A DNA stretch of 64,000 bases from Monocercomonoides exilis PA203 (taxonomy: Eukaryota > Protista > Preaxostyla), in assembly GCA_001643675.2 (NCBI GenBank), contig LSRY02000002.1:1054001-1118000 (forward strand), given 5' to 3'. The notes beneath the pieces are model-generated. The model was given only the letters and a program-made list of their open reading frames with translations. It was not told the origin of the DNA and searched no databases. The translations under genes and the position numbers were made by a program. Shown here piece after piece: positions 12,641 to 24,619 of the stretch. Numbering within the stretch: position 1 is the stretch's first letter; each line of letters begins with the position of its first letter.

Positions 12641-13100
12641 AGGAATTCTTAAGAAATCCAAGGAGATGTTGAAGAAATCGTTAATCCTTGTGCAGGCAAT
12701 TCATTAATCAATAAAAATTTGAACACTTTGCACCCAAACAATGAATAAAATACACTGGACTCAGACAACTTGATTCGAATGCATTTCAGTGGGAAAATGC
12801 ATTTTGTTGAAGAATCAATATTTGTTTGATGTGTTAACAATCATTTAAAGAAAGAAAACAAGAACATTAAGCAATCTTCGAAAGTGCACAGATAATAATA
12901 AAATTGTGGAAAAGGATTCACTGATCATGATGTACACAATTTGATGAATACAAAAGATCGGAAACAGATTTTGCAATGATTTAAAGAGATAACATATATC
13001 TGTCAAAAAATGAATTGAAAATTTATGCATGAATCTCAAAAAAAAAAATTGTTAATATTGCATTTTTATTATTCATTAACAATTTATTTTTCATTAAAAT

Positions 13101-13368
13101 GGGGAAAAATTCTGACTTTCAAGCTTTTAATGCACAATACAATTAAAAAATTTCTTCACTCATAACATTTTTTAACTTTATCAGATTTCAAAATACATTT
13201 GATTTTCACATCCGAATACAGGCTTTATCGAAATCAAAACATTAAGTTTTCCAACATTTCATGAATGTCAAAAAATAGACCTATTTTTATTGCGTTTTTT
13301 GATCTCAATAAGTCAATGAAAGGAACATAAATTTCCTCTGAAAATGTCTGAAGCGAAATATTTTACTC
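13101..13368 (+). mobile_element. MITE family B (degenerate)
   Basis: GGGGAAAAATTCTGACTTTCAAGC...GAAATATTTTACTC. Confidence 0.85.
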
Positions 13369-13661
13369 AACATGTGACGATTAGAATTTGGCAAAATGTT
13401 ATATATTATTCACATGGGAAAAAACATTTGGACATATTTTTTTAATTAACGTCATTTGGATTGTAAAAAAATTTGATTGATATACTGCAAAGAGTGATCA
13501 AACAATGTTTTTTTTCTATTCAACCCAAATATGAAACAAGATTTTAACATTAATAAAAAAAAACTCAAATTTGTTCCAACTTTTTTCTCAATCGAATTAT
13601 GAAAAGCCCAACACTCCCACGCATTATAAAAAAGAAAATAAAAATAAATTGAAAAAAAAAT

Positions 13662-13900
13662 GTCTCAATTTTTTTGTAAAGTTCCTTTTGTTTAATTTTC
13701 AAATGGATAAAAAATTTCAAATTTTGCTCAAATTTCTGTTTCCACTCACGAATCTTTTTCAGAATGAATGAAATAGCATTATCAGAAATAGATTCCAAAT
13801 AAGCGAAGTTTGGTGTTTGTCAACTGAAATTTGAGCAAAACGTGAAATTTTTGATTCATAAGAAAATTAAGCATTTGCGACTTTTCAAAAAGAATTACCC
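13662..13900 (+). mobile_element. MITE family C (239 bp) abutting DIRS copy 2
   Basis: Left end GTCTCAATTTTTTTGTAAAGTTCC, right end CTTTTCAAAAAGAATTACCC. Confidence 0.75.
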
Positions 13901-15870
13901 ATTTGTGTTAGGTTTTCTGGGAACATGGGAACGGTGGAAGGAGAGGAGGATTGTCTTAATTATTGGGACTTGTTCAATGTCTTCTCCATAACTAATTCTT
14001 GAGAATAGAGATATTGAGGATCTCGATGCGCACAAGCATGTGTAGGGGAATCCCTTTTCCTTCAGTTTGACAAAAAGCATGGTACACCTTCGATACAATT
14101 CCACAAAGTCTTGTGGAAATTCTCCACAATTTTCCTCAGTCCATACCTGGGCTAAATATAATAATCCCAATTTTATGGCTGTCCAAATTGAAGTCGATAC
14201 ACTATTTTTAGCTTCGGTGATTATTGCTTCGGGAACATTGCATCTTCGAAGACCGCTGTTCCACCACTGTTCTCCTCTTTGTGCTTCCAGTTGAGTCTTG
14301 CTGCTAAGTAAGTTCCCGGTGGGAGTGAAGCTCCCGACCTCTTCATTCCTGGTCCTGCCCTCAATATTTTCCTCGAATCGCTCCATCTCATGTAAGATGT
14401 CGTCATCTCTCTCAGCAGAGGTGTCCAGACTTGGAACCTCCAGGCTGGAAGCAGAATCACTACTCTCGCTTGTTCCTCCCGAATCTTTTTTAAGCAAGGG
14501 AGAATCAGAGGTGTCGGAGGATGCACCAGAGTCACCGCTCCTTTCCAGTCTGCTTGCAGTCCGTCCTCCAGCTCCGGACTTCCTGGTCCAAACCAGATTG
14601 CAGCTTTGTGGTTTCTTCCGTTCGCGAAGGAGTCACTTTCGATTTTCGACTCTATCCGTTGTTTTTGCTCTCAAAATACTTCGTCTGTAATTAAAAAATC
14701 TCATTCGCGTAGAAGTCTTAAGAGTGCATCCGCTGTCGTGTTCTTTGCTCCTGGGAGGTAAATTGCTCACAGCTGAATGTTCCATTCTGTTGTCCATTGT
14801 CTGATCTTCTTCAAAAGAGATAAAAGATCAATTCCGTCTTTCCAGCCATTGATATCATCCACATCTGTGGTGTTGTCTGATCTCAGAAGAATCCTTCGGG
14901 CATTGTGTTTGGCTATGAGATAGCGAAAATGTTTGAGTGCCAAAAGAACTGCCAACATCTCCTTGAAATTGGATGACTGGTTGAGGAATACTCGATTGAA
15001 AGCTTGATGGAAGTGGTACAGAGAGCTGCCTATTCGAAGGGTTGCACCACAGGTCCGGGGTGCTGCATCGGTTGTCAACGTCGCGTCTGGAGTTGCAAAT
15101 GATACCTAATGTCTTTCCTCCTTCTTCCTCAGTCTCGTTTTCCAAAATTGAAGCTATTCCATGATTGAGCAATACAGGTTCATAGTACCAGTCCATCCCT
15201 TCTTCCTGTCAACATTGTTGAGTTCTTTTAATAGCTTGTTCATGTGTAGAGAAGCGTCTGTGTAGACGAATCGAGTAACGCTGATTTCTCCAACGAGTGA
15301 TGCGAAGTCTCTTGTCATTATCAATGTTTCATTCGATGCCAAATTCATCCACCGTTTTATTATCTTTTGCAACGATGACCTGCGCTTCGTCTCCAATGCG
15401 ACCTTCATAAATTGAACCTTCCATGCCCAACCAAGAAAGGTGAAGTTTTTCCCGAAAGTTAACTTGCTTTTCTCTTTTTTGACATCGAGTAATATGTTGT
15501 TGAGCCTTCAAACAATTGCTTGAGAAGCTTCCTTTAAAGCTTTGTGTTCTTGTGCACAGGAGAACATTATCAAGATAATTCAAACATCTTTGACAGTTTT
15601 TCTCAAGAAACAATGAGATCATCTGCCTCAACTCGAAGTGCTTTAACCTCTGCAAATTATTGTTCTGCTTGAATCATGGAGAGTCTGGCCTCTTGCGGAC
15701 AAGCAGTCACAATCATGATCTCATCTTATTGTTTTTCTGGTTTTCCTGATGCATCTGCATGTGCCAGGATTAATACTTTCACTGCGTGCATAAGGCAGAG
15801 TTCAACTTTCCAGCCACCGGAATAAAGTACATACTGAAATAAGTTGGGTGATCTTGTGAACTCGTGAACC
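13901..15870 (-). mobile_element. DIRS-type retrotransposon, truncated (copy 2)
   Basis: RT end (NYLDNVLL, FASLVG); RNase H (TTDAAPRTCGA, SSNFKEMLA, SDNTT); methyltransferase-like (VHPPTPLI, LLPAW); YR N-terminus cut at 13900. Confidence 0.85.
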
Positions 15871-16793
15871 TAAGATGGAATGAATGGGTAAAATGAAAGT
15901 ATTCCAAAAATGCTGTTGTTTGAACAATATCCGAAGAATTTATCTGAATTTCTAATTCTCAAACTTTCAAATGTGTGTGAAATTTTGTTTTTGTTGGATG
16001 AAATGTCAACAAAAATCATTATTGATGTTGAAAATGAGTATTTATAAAGAATTTCCACAAAATAAATATTGGACACAAAAATTATTTATATTTGAAAGAT
16101 TTAAATACTTTTCATTGTTTTATCACATCTTTATTTTTAACAATCGGATATTGTCAGAAAAAGTTATGCAAAACCCGATGAGATATATCCCATATTGACT
16201 GTATTCATTGACTTCAAAATATATATAAAAATTTGCCCAAAAAAAAAGATTTTCTGGTGTTACATTTCACTGCATCTTCTCATGTTATCAAAATCCTTCA
16301 AAAATTGCAAAAAAACAAAATATATATATATATATATATAAATGAAACGATATCATAATGATAAATAAAAATGAAATAATAAAATGAAATGAAAAGATCA
16401 AATTGATCACTTTAATATCACTAAAATCCCATTAGCTCTTATTATCTGATTCATTCAAATTTGATTCACAAATTCATTCATTCAATTTCATTGTTATCTT
16501 TTGAGAAAAAAATTTAAACTTTTGCTTCAAACTTACATATAGAAGAGCAGCGAGAACTTTAGTTGAAAAGTTGGATCAACAGACATAAAAAACAATTCAA
16601 CAAAACATCAAAAAGCGAATCAGAAGAGGAGCTTTTAGCTGATGTGACATTCACTTTAACGTGGATAAAGAATTAACTATTAATTGTCATCAGCGAATTT
16701 GCATGAAAAAATATTCGAAATGGAGATGAAAAAGGTTGGTTTTTTTGCGAATCAAAAAATAAAACATTTTCACTGAAATCGGATTAAACAGTT

Positions 16794-17044
16794 GGGTTTT
16801 TCTTTTTGGTTAGTCACGAAAGTTTATTTTCTTTGTCAAACATAATTGAACTTTATTTGATCATTTTTGTCAATAATTCCGTCAAAATTTACCACAATGA
16901 ACACATTCTCGCATCAAACAGGCTTTATTATTCTTAATTGCAAAGTGAAAAAGTTTAATGGATTAATTACCAAAAATTATCAAATGAGGTTCACTTTTAT
17001 TAACCAAGATATTTAACATTTGCGGCTTTTAAAAAGAATAAACC
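16794..17044. mobile_element. MITE related to family C (251 bp), TSD AGTT
   Basis: GGGTTTTTCTTTTTG...AAAAAGAATAAACC; AGTT at 16790-16793 and 17045-17048. Confidence 0.7.
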
Positions 17045-17249
17045 AGTTGGTGATAAAAACCCGAAAGAAATGCAAGATGATTTTTGAATTCGAACTTCAA
17101 TTGGAATATTTTACGTAGTCAAATCATGATGGAATTTTAAACTTATTAACACAAAATAGTGAAAAGTCTGTTAAAAAATTAACAAGTGTCAAGTATTTAT
17201 CTCAAATATGGGATTATCGAGTAATTCATATAAATTTTCCATTTGAATG

Positions 17250-17330
17250 AAATAATTTTTATTATTTTGCAAAAAACCTTTGAAAAACAAACACCTCGAA
17301 AAAAAGATATTATTTCTATAATAATCACCC
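17250..17330 (+). mobile_element. Right-end fragment of MITE family A
   Basis: CTTTGAAAAACAAACACCTCGAAAAAAAG...ATAATCACCC matches the family A right end. Confidence 0.7.
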
Positions 17331-17730
17331 AAACAGTTGCCGTTTTTTTTTAGTGGAATGATGAAAGGAGAAAGTGATTCGTATTTCGGAATTGGAGAAT
17401 CGAAATATCGAGGGGATTCAAAGAAAAAAGAAAAAGAAAAAGAAAAAAAAAAAAAAAAAGAAAAAACGAAAGTCATTTAATGCAATTCCAAAATATGCGT
17501 GGATGAATGATATTTTGATATTTGATTATCAAAAAATGCTTTATTCCAAAATGGCTGAGATTAACAGAAAAATTGCTGTGGAAGTGGATAATAGAACAGC
17601 ACATTGTATTCGTTATAAAATGGATTTCCAAAAAAAATATTTTTTAAAACTCTAAGCTCAACTTCTGTTTATTAATGTCTTGATACTGGAATTATTATAA
17701 CGTTCAAACAATTATAAAAAATGAGTGTAA

Positions 17731-17847
17731 TTTCATTTTTCATTTTTATTTTATTTTATTTTATTCATTAATTTATTTTTTATTTTTATTTTTATTTTTA
17801 TTTTTATTTTTATTTTTATTTTTTTTTTTTATTTTTTTTTTATTTTT

Positions 17848-17878
<31 letters not shown>
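17731..17878. repeat. (TTTTTA)n / poly-T simple repeat
   Basis: Directly visible. Confidence 0.85.
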
Positions 17879-17884
17879 GGACAC

Positions 17885-18138
17885 GGGTGAATTTTTTTGA
17901 TATAAATTTTTAATATATTAATAACGATTTGAAAATGAACTTCAATCGTCTTTAATATGAATTCAATTGAGCTATTTCTCCAAATAGCATAAAATGTCTC
18001 CAGCATAAATTTTCTTCATAATTATTTTTGGAAATTTCCGTGCATTTATCATTTGAATACAGAATTTCTAGCCAAAGAAAAAATTTTTTCAATTGATCAA
18101 AATTATAAAAAACGTTTTGATTTCAACAATAATTTCAC
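17885..18138 (+). mobile_element. MITE family A (degenerate)
   Basis: GGGTGAATTTTTTTGATA...TTGATTTCAACAATAATTTCAC, about 254 bp. Confidence 0.65.
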
Positions 18139-18726
18139 ATATTTATAAAAATTAAAATGATTGATGATGCTTGTATTGATATGTTCGAATCGATGAACTT
18201 GATTTAGAAAGCTTGGAATGATGTGAAAAGGGAGGCAATTGAACATCGTTTGAAACATGGAGGATGGAAGAATATAGAGGAAGCAATGAAAAAGTAATAA
18301 ATAATAAAAGAAAGAAAAATGAGTGAATTCACAGATCTATTTGAATGAGTTGAGAGTCTTGATAAAAGCTTAAAAAAAGAAATCCAAGATGATTATTAAA
18401 CAAATAATAACACCACTTTAATTGAATCTCTTTCATTTTTTGAAATTGTCAACTTTGTTGAAGAAAAAATTAGAAATAAACAAAAAGATGATTTTTCTTG
18501 ATTTTCAAAACGAAAACTATAAAGTCTTTGAGAAAAGGTTATAAGCACAACAGAAGCTTTTTGTCAATGGAAAAATATGAAAATATGTCTAAAAGAGCAT
18601 ATTGAATCATAAAAAAATATTTTCTGCCCATGAAGAAATAGATTGCTTTATGGATAAAATTATAAGAAGATATATTAAATTAAGAAAAGAATAAATAAAT
18701 GATTTCTCGTGACTTTAACAGCACAT

Positions 18727-18966
18727 GACTAAATTCTTTTGCAAAGTTTTTTTTTATTAATTTTTAAATAAAATAAAAATTTCATATTTAGATCAAATTT
18801 CTGTTTTCTCTTCCGAAATCACGCCTTAACGGATAAAATAACATTATCAAGAATTTGTTTCAATGGCAGCAAAATTTGGTGAGTGGGAATGGAAATTTGA
18901 TCGAAATATGAAATTTTTTCTTTATTTGAAAATTAAACAAAAAGAACTTTTCAAAAATATTTAGAC
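18727..18966 (+). mobile_element. MITE family C (240 bp), TSD ACAT
   Basis: ACAT|GACTAAATT...ATTTAGAC|ACAT; interior nearly identical to 8745-8984. Confidence 0.85.
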
Positions 18967-19054
18967 ACATGGAGAAATAAACAAAGAATGGACAGAACAA
19001 AGATAATGCACTTTGAAAAATTGGCATAAAAAAAACTATAACAGTTATTGGAAA

Positions 19055-19180
19055 GTGTGATAATTGTTGTGGTTATATTATTTCTCTCATAAATTTTCTG
19101 TTTGAAGATTTAAATTATCATTTAAAAAAATGCACATATTAAAGTGATAAATCCAATCCATTACAATTATTTCAGTCTTT
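19055..19180 (+). mobile_element. Left-half fragment of MITE family A
   Basis: GTGTGATAATTGTTGTGGTTATATTATTTCTCTC resembles the start of the 32001 copy. Confidence 0.45.
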
Positions 19181-20464
19181 CATATTGAACGTTTTCTTTT
19201 GAAATATTTGAAAAACATTTTTCGTTTGAATGAAAGCAAAATGATAAATGATATTGAATTTTCATTATTATCAACTCCCAGAAAATTGTTATGATTTCCA
19301 TAATTATCATCTCTTTTTTCATTTTCAAAATGGTTCTTTCTCAGCGAGATTTGGTGAAAGTTAAAGTTGAAAGCTTCAAACATGATGCAAAATATGTTCA
19401 TTTTTTTGAATATTCCGAATGAAAAATCGTTCTGAAAAATGTCTCCGCATCAACCTCTTCAACTTCAGAAGAGCTGCTTTTCACAAATTTGTTGAAATTT
19501 CAAACTGCCACATTCTTCATTTTTTTTTTTTTTTTGTTCAAATTACCAATTGTTTTGTTGAAGAATTTGAAATAAGCCAAAGACAATCTATGAAACTTAT
19601 CCGCTTGGATCAAGCTTTCCATAATCTGATGAAACTCTTTCTCATTGATAAACAAATTATCCACAATAATTGATTTCTTTTTTGTTAAAAAAAGAGTTTC
19701 AATATTATCTTTGTCCATTGAAACATCTCTGTAGAAAGAAGACACTTTTTCATTCGTCTTTCTTTGAGTATGTATTATGTTCTGTATCTTCATTTATATA
19801 AATTGATTCATGTTTTCGTTCTTTCAAGAATTAATTATGACATGATATTGATTTTTTAATTATTATTTATTTTTGCAAAGAAGAAGAGTGACCTGGAGAT
19901 AAAGAAGTACATGACGTAGAAGAAAAGAGAAGGAGTGAAAATCTTCATTGTGAAAGTTCGTAAAGTTTATTACTGATGTTAAGAAATAAATCAAACATTT
20001 GATTCACTGCAATGTCTTTAGCCCCTAGAAATCTGAATTCATCTTTCGATTCTTCTTCTGATTTTTTCTCCTTTATTTATTTTTCTTGAATCACTTCACA
20101 AACGATGTTTTTTTTTGTTAAATTGCCCAGATCATTAAATATTTGCACATATTCATTGTGAATTTATGTTCGTTCGTGCAAAGATCCTTTGATAAACAAG
20201 CAGAGAATTAGTTTTTAACAGTTGTGAATTCTATTATCTTTGAAGTTTTTTCATCACATAATTTTTTTAATGGCTAAATTTGCTCCTCGCTACTTCGAGA
20301 AGATTTTTTCTTTAAAATTTCCAAAGATCTGCCTGTATCAAAAAACGTTAAATGTTAAAAAAAATTCATTTGAAAACGATTGCGTTCTGTGCAAATCGAT
20401 TCCAATTATAGTCAAAGAAAACGAAAAAGAAATGAATTCACATATTGAGCATAAAAAAAATAAA

Positions 20465-20552
20465 TAATATTTATTTTTGAAAAGTCACAAAATATTAATT
20501 GATCTGAAAATCAGATCACAAATGATCAAAAAATGTTGATCATTCCGTTCCC
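20465..20552 (-). repeat. ~90-bp mini-element, inverted partner of 27963-28051
   Basis: TTTTTGAAAAGTCACAAAATATTAATTGATCTGAAAATCAGATCACAAATGATCAAAAAATGTTGATCATTCCGTT is the exact reverse complement of the 28-kb copy; ends CCC|ATAT. Confidence 0.85.
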
Positions 20553-21179
20553 ATATAAATTCACAATTTAAATCATGTTTAGTGTTTTTTCTCTCTCTTT
20601 TAAAAATATTTTTAATAATTGTCCATATATCATAAATATTTAAAACTTTTTTATCACTTACACTTTAAGTTAATATCAATTTCGTGTTACTTGAATCTAC
20701 GAAGTGATATGTTTCAATTTCTTCGTTTTCATTTCATTATCGATATTTTTCGTACAAATTATCTTTCGAATTTTGTTTTATTTTAAAATGCACTTCTTTG
20801 TTCAAAATCAAATAATGAAAAAAGAGCTTTTTTGGAATTTTTTTCTCGATATTTTTGATAGCAGAAATATTATTATTTCATGTGCTAAACATTTGAATCA
20901 CATTCAAAAAGACGTGTTCAAAAAAAAGATTCATTTATTGAATGGAAAAAAATGAAATAAACACTCAATTTATTATTAGACAGGCACAAAAACAGCAAAT
21001 CAGAGAAAGAACAAGTTTATCATTTTGAGGAACAAATTATGAACATAACCTCAATGGTTACAACAATAACAAGTTCTTTTTAAACTTTCTTTTGCATTTG
21101 ATCATTATTTATTGCCTGAATATATCAAGTTCCGTTCAGCTCAATAACTTGAAAAAGATAAGTATTTCAAACTGATCAA

Positions 21180-23980
21180 AATCTCTTGTCACATGAAGAT
21201 ATCGTCTTTGTGCAGCTGTTGGAGCTTCCAGTAGGAGTGGTGGGATATCTGAAAAATCTTCTTGTTACAGGGGTAGTGCAGCAGTCTTCTCATCCATCAA
21301 GGCCTTTGTCTTTTTCTTCTTTATCTTTAATTCGTATGAGTAGAAAAAAAGTGGAGAAGGCTAAAGGTCATTAGCCCATAATTTTCATTTGCATCGACAG
21401 TTAACACTTCGGAGGCATCGGTGGTAGCTGCGTTTTTCACGTCATCAGCGATGGACAATATCAAGAGGAGGCTGCAGATTGTTGTGGTTAAGGCTGTTGG
21501 GATGTGTGCGATGCACATGTCGCTGTTGCAGCAGTCTCTGCGGAAATATGTCACATGACTTGCTTTCCTTCACAAGCAGAATCATCACAAAAGAAGATGT
21601 GGAGCAAACATATCTTTATGGTGACAAATCTGAATGCATTCCTGTTGTCAAACATTCTGTTTGATCCGTTGCTGCTTCCGTCCGCGATAGCGCGGCTGGT
21701 GTAGCGATTGCCGCAGTCGAGGCATGTGGTGACGAAGTTGGAGGACGAAGTGATGAGGCGGATGGTTGTTCTATGAAGGATAGAGGAGAGAGCGGAGATG
21801 GTGCCGAAAGTGGTTTGGTTGAGAAATGATGATGTGGTTCTGTCTCTGTATGTGCTCGATGAGCGAGAAGACGTGAAGGAGCAGGAGAAGAAGGATGAGG
21901 AGACGGAAATGGAGACAGAGAAGAAACTTCAGGAGTTCAACATGATGCTGCAGAGGATCCGGGATGAAGAGCAGATATCGAAGCCTACGAGTTAACTGGA
22001 GGAGCAGCTGCAGGAGAAGGACAAGATCATCTGGATACAACAGAGGAAGATTCCGGAGCTGAGCGAGAAGCACAATGCAGATGTGAAGCAGGTGAAGCAG
22101 GTGAAGCAGGTGAAGGAGAAGAAGTGCTGGGCACAGCGAGGAGGAGTGGTGAGCGTGGTTGGCAAGTGGAAACTAGCTGGTCGGTGGTTATAATTGCCAC
22201 ACCTTCTTTGTTGTCGTCTGCGGGAGGTGGGGAGGTTCAGTCTTTGGCTTTGTTGATTCTGAAGTTGGGGCTGCGTGAAAAGAGTCAAGAGAAGATTGCA
22301 GCGAGTTTCGAATGTGACAGCACTGTGATGCTTGAGCCAGACCCGACGGGAAAGGGGATGTTGTAAAAGTGTGGAGCGGAGTGAGCATAGTGGGAGAAGC
22401 AAATAGCTGTGGAGGAGAGAGTTTCATCATGGAGAAGTGGGGGGGTGCAAATGTGTGGCAGAAGAGAAACTAGATGGAGAAGGAAACGAAGATGCTGATG
22501 GAGCAGTCGAATGCGCAGGAGCAGACGATCTGAAAACAGAAGGAGCTTCTCGAGGAGGCGATTGAGAATCAGTGGATGGCACTTGCGCAAAAGAGCAGGA
22601 TTAAAAGATAATGAAGTCGTCGTATGAAAAGATGGTTCAGCGCCTGGTTGGGTGGGTGAAGCAGCTGGAGGAGAAGGTTGGGTGGGCGTAACTTTGGTGG
22701 GCAGAGAAGGCAGGACAGAGAAGAAAGATGAAAGAGGGAGGGATGGCATGAGGAGGAAGAACGGAAGTTGAGGCATAGAATACGAAAAAGCAGAGGAGGA
22801 TGAATAGGCAGATGAAAAAGAAGCGAGCGTGCCTCATGGGATTCCGCTGTTGCCGCATGAGGATGCGAAGAGAGAGCGGGAGGACTGGATCCCAGCTGGG
22901 GTAGAGGCAGGAGAAGGGGCAGGGAAGGCGACTGTTGTGCAGCGGTTGTACATGCTTCTTGAGCAGACGACAGACAGCCGAGACCGGGAATAGTCGGAGT
23001 GGCCTGTGACTTCGCGTGGTGGAACGGGGGCAGGGCAGCCAGGGGCAGGCGGGGTGCCTTTGCTGGCGGGGTCGACAGCGATGGAGCGGCTGATGAGCTC
23101 AGTATCAGGGTCGCTGAGGCAGGTGGCATACAAAATGACGTATGTGCTTCGGTTGCCACCAACACGGAGGTCGTCTGTTCAGATGCAGATGCTGCTAATG
23201 CCGCTGAATACAGGGCTGCAGCCATTGCTGGTGCTGAAGCTTTGGACAATTGACGGAACAAATAAAGACAAGATCGAAGCAGACCTGGGTGGGGCAATCT
23301 TAAGTGGGGATGGTGGTTCCGAGGCAAAGGTTTGAGGACTTTATTTATATATGATGGTGGGAGAAATTCTCGTAGAAATTGAAGAAAGAGGTGGTGTGGT
23401 TGGCGAGGATGTTTGGGGAAGTGCTGTTCCGGATGGACTTTGCAGGGATGTGGCAATTAGGGGAATTTGTGCGGAAAAAGTAAATTTGAGGTGAAATGCA
23501 GTTTTCATTACATCTTGACGGTGTTTGAAGTTGTATCGGAGAAAAGATGATAGTGTTTTTTGTTGTTTGTGGGAATAAAGTCTGAAAAGAGAAATACCGA
23601 AATATTTGTGTTTCCATCGTTTTAACTGAACAACTTTCGAGCAGAAGCAGCTTCCGGATGTTTGTGATGAAGCTGATCTGCGAAATTCTCATCTGCAGTC
23701 TTTGAATAATGAGATTGTGAAGACAGCGAGATGAGCTGAACAACATAATTCGTAAACTTTATGCAGTATCGAAGGTGGAAGTGGAATGGATTGGGCTGAA
23801 GCTGCCAGTGGAGATTATGCAATCGGTGGTGGAGAAGAAAAAATGGCGGTGGGCGTTGTTCCAGATGGTGCAGCTGCTGCGAGGGCTGTTGCGGCTGAAG
23901 CTGTGGAGGAACGACTCAAAAAAAGGAGATCTGCTTTGATCTTCCTTTGGAGGATGGGCAGTAATTGGCGCAGTTTCTAA
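21180..23980 (+). pseudogene. Decayed GC-rich host gene-family member (coiled-coil segment); left member of an inverted pair
   Basis: KNLLVTGVVQQSSH, EFNMMLQRIRDEEQISK, ATPSLLSSAGGGEVQSL... all recur in the same order on the minus strand at 27350-24620; coding strand inferred from the coiled-coil peptide. Confidence 0.6.
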
Positions 23981-24619
23981 AGACGGTGGTGTAGCTGAAA
24001 GAGTTAATAATGAAGCTGAAAATGTTCTTCATTGGTATTGACATCTTTGTTTACATGTACTTTTACAAATTATTCTTCCTCTTCCTCCTACTCCTCTTTC
24101 TCTTCAATTCTATATTTATCGATTTTGATTTTCTCAATTTTTCTTCTTCACTTGATTTTGTTTCATCTATAAACCTCATTCTCCTTCTATATTCCGTTTC
24201 TTTTCACATTCATTTTTTTTTTAAAAATTCTTTGAAAGAAACAAATAAAAATCAACATTGAGAATGGTTTGTCTTCTTTTTGCTTATTTCTGAATGAATA
24301 ATAAAAAATAAGATGGTGAAAAAGGAGGAGGAGGAAGAAGAGGAAGGAAAAGAGGAAGGAGAAGAAGGAAGAAGAAGTTGATGAAACATGACAATATATT
24401 GATTCCTCCTCTATCCCTCTGCCTTTCCATAGCCTTGTGACACAGCTCCACAAACTACCAATCACACAGCAGCAACACAAAGCTGATCGCCTTTTCCACC
24501 TCGTTCTTTTCAGATGCCGCCCCACGAGCTCCACAACAAACCCAATCATCCACAACAGTGACCGCTACCCGTCTTTCTTCTTCTCAGCCAGCTGCATAGA
24601 CTCCATCTTCCGTTTCTGA

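Larger units (their letters stand above)
16500..18300 (+). pseudogene. pogo/Tigger-like DDD transposase relic split by MITEs and a T-rich tract
   Basis: IGESKYR, KYAWMND, VEVDNRTAH, STSVY*CLDTGIIITFK (17390-17710) and KAWNDVKREAI (18208-18240); 5' limit uncertain. Confidence 0.7.

Noticed and set aside
15950-16050. LFLLDEMS as a helicase Walker B (Helitron relic)
   Set aside because: No Walker A or other helicase motifs nearby
19180-19800. Minus-strand ORF pieces as a gene or TE
   Set aside because: Coding-like but no recognisable motif
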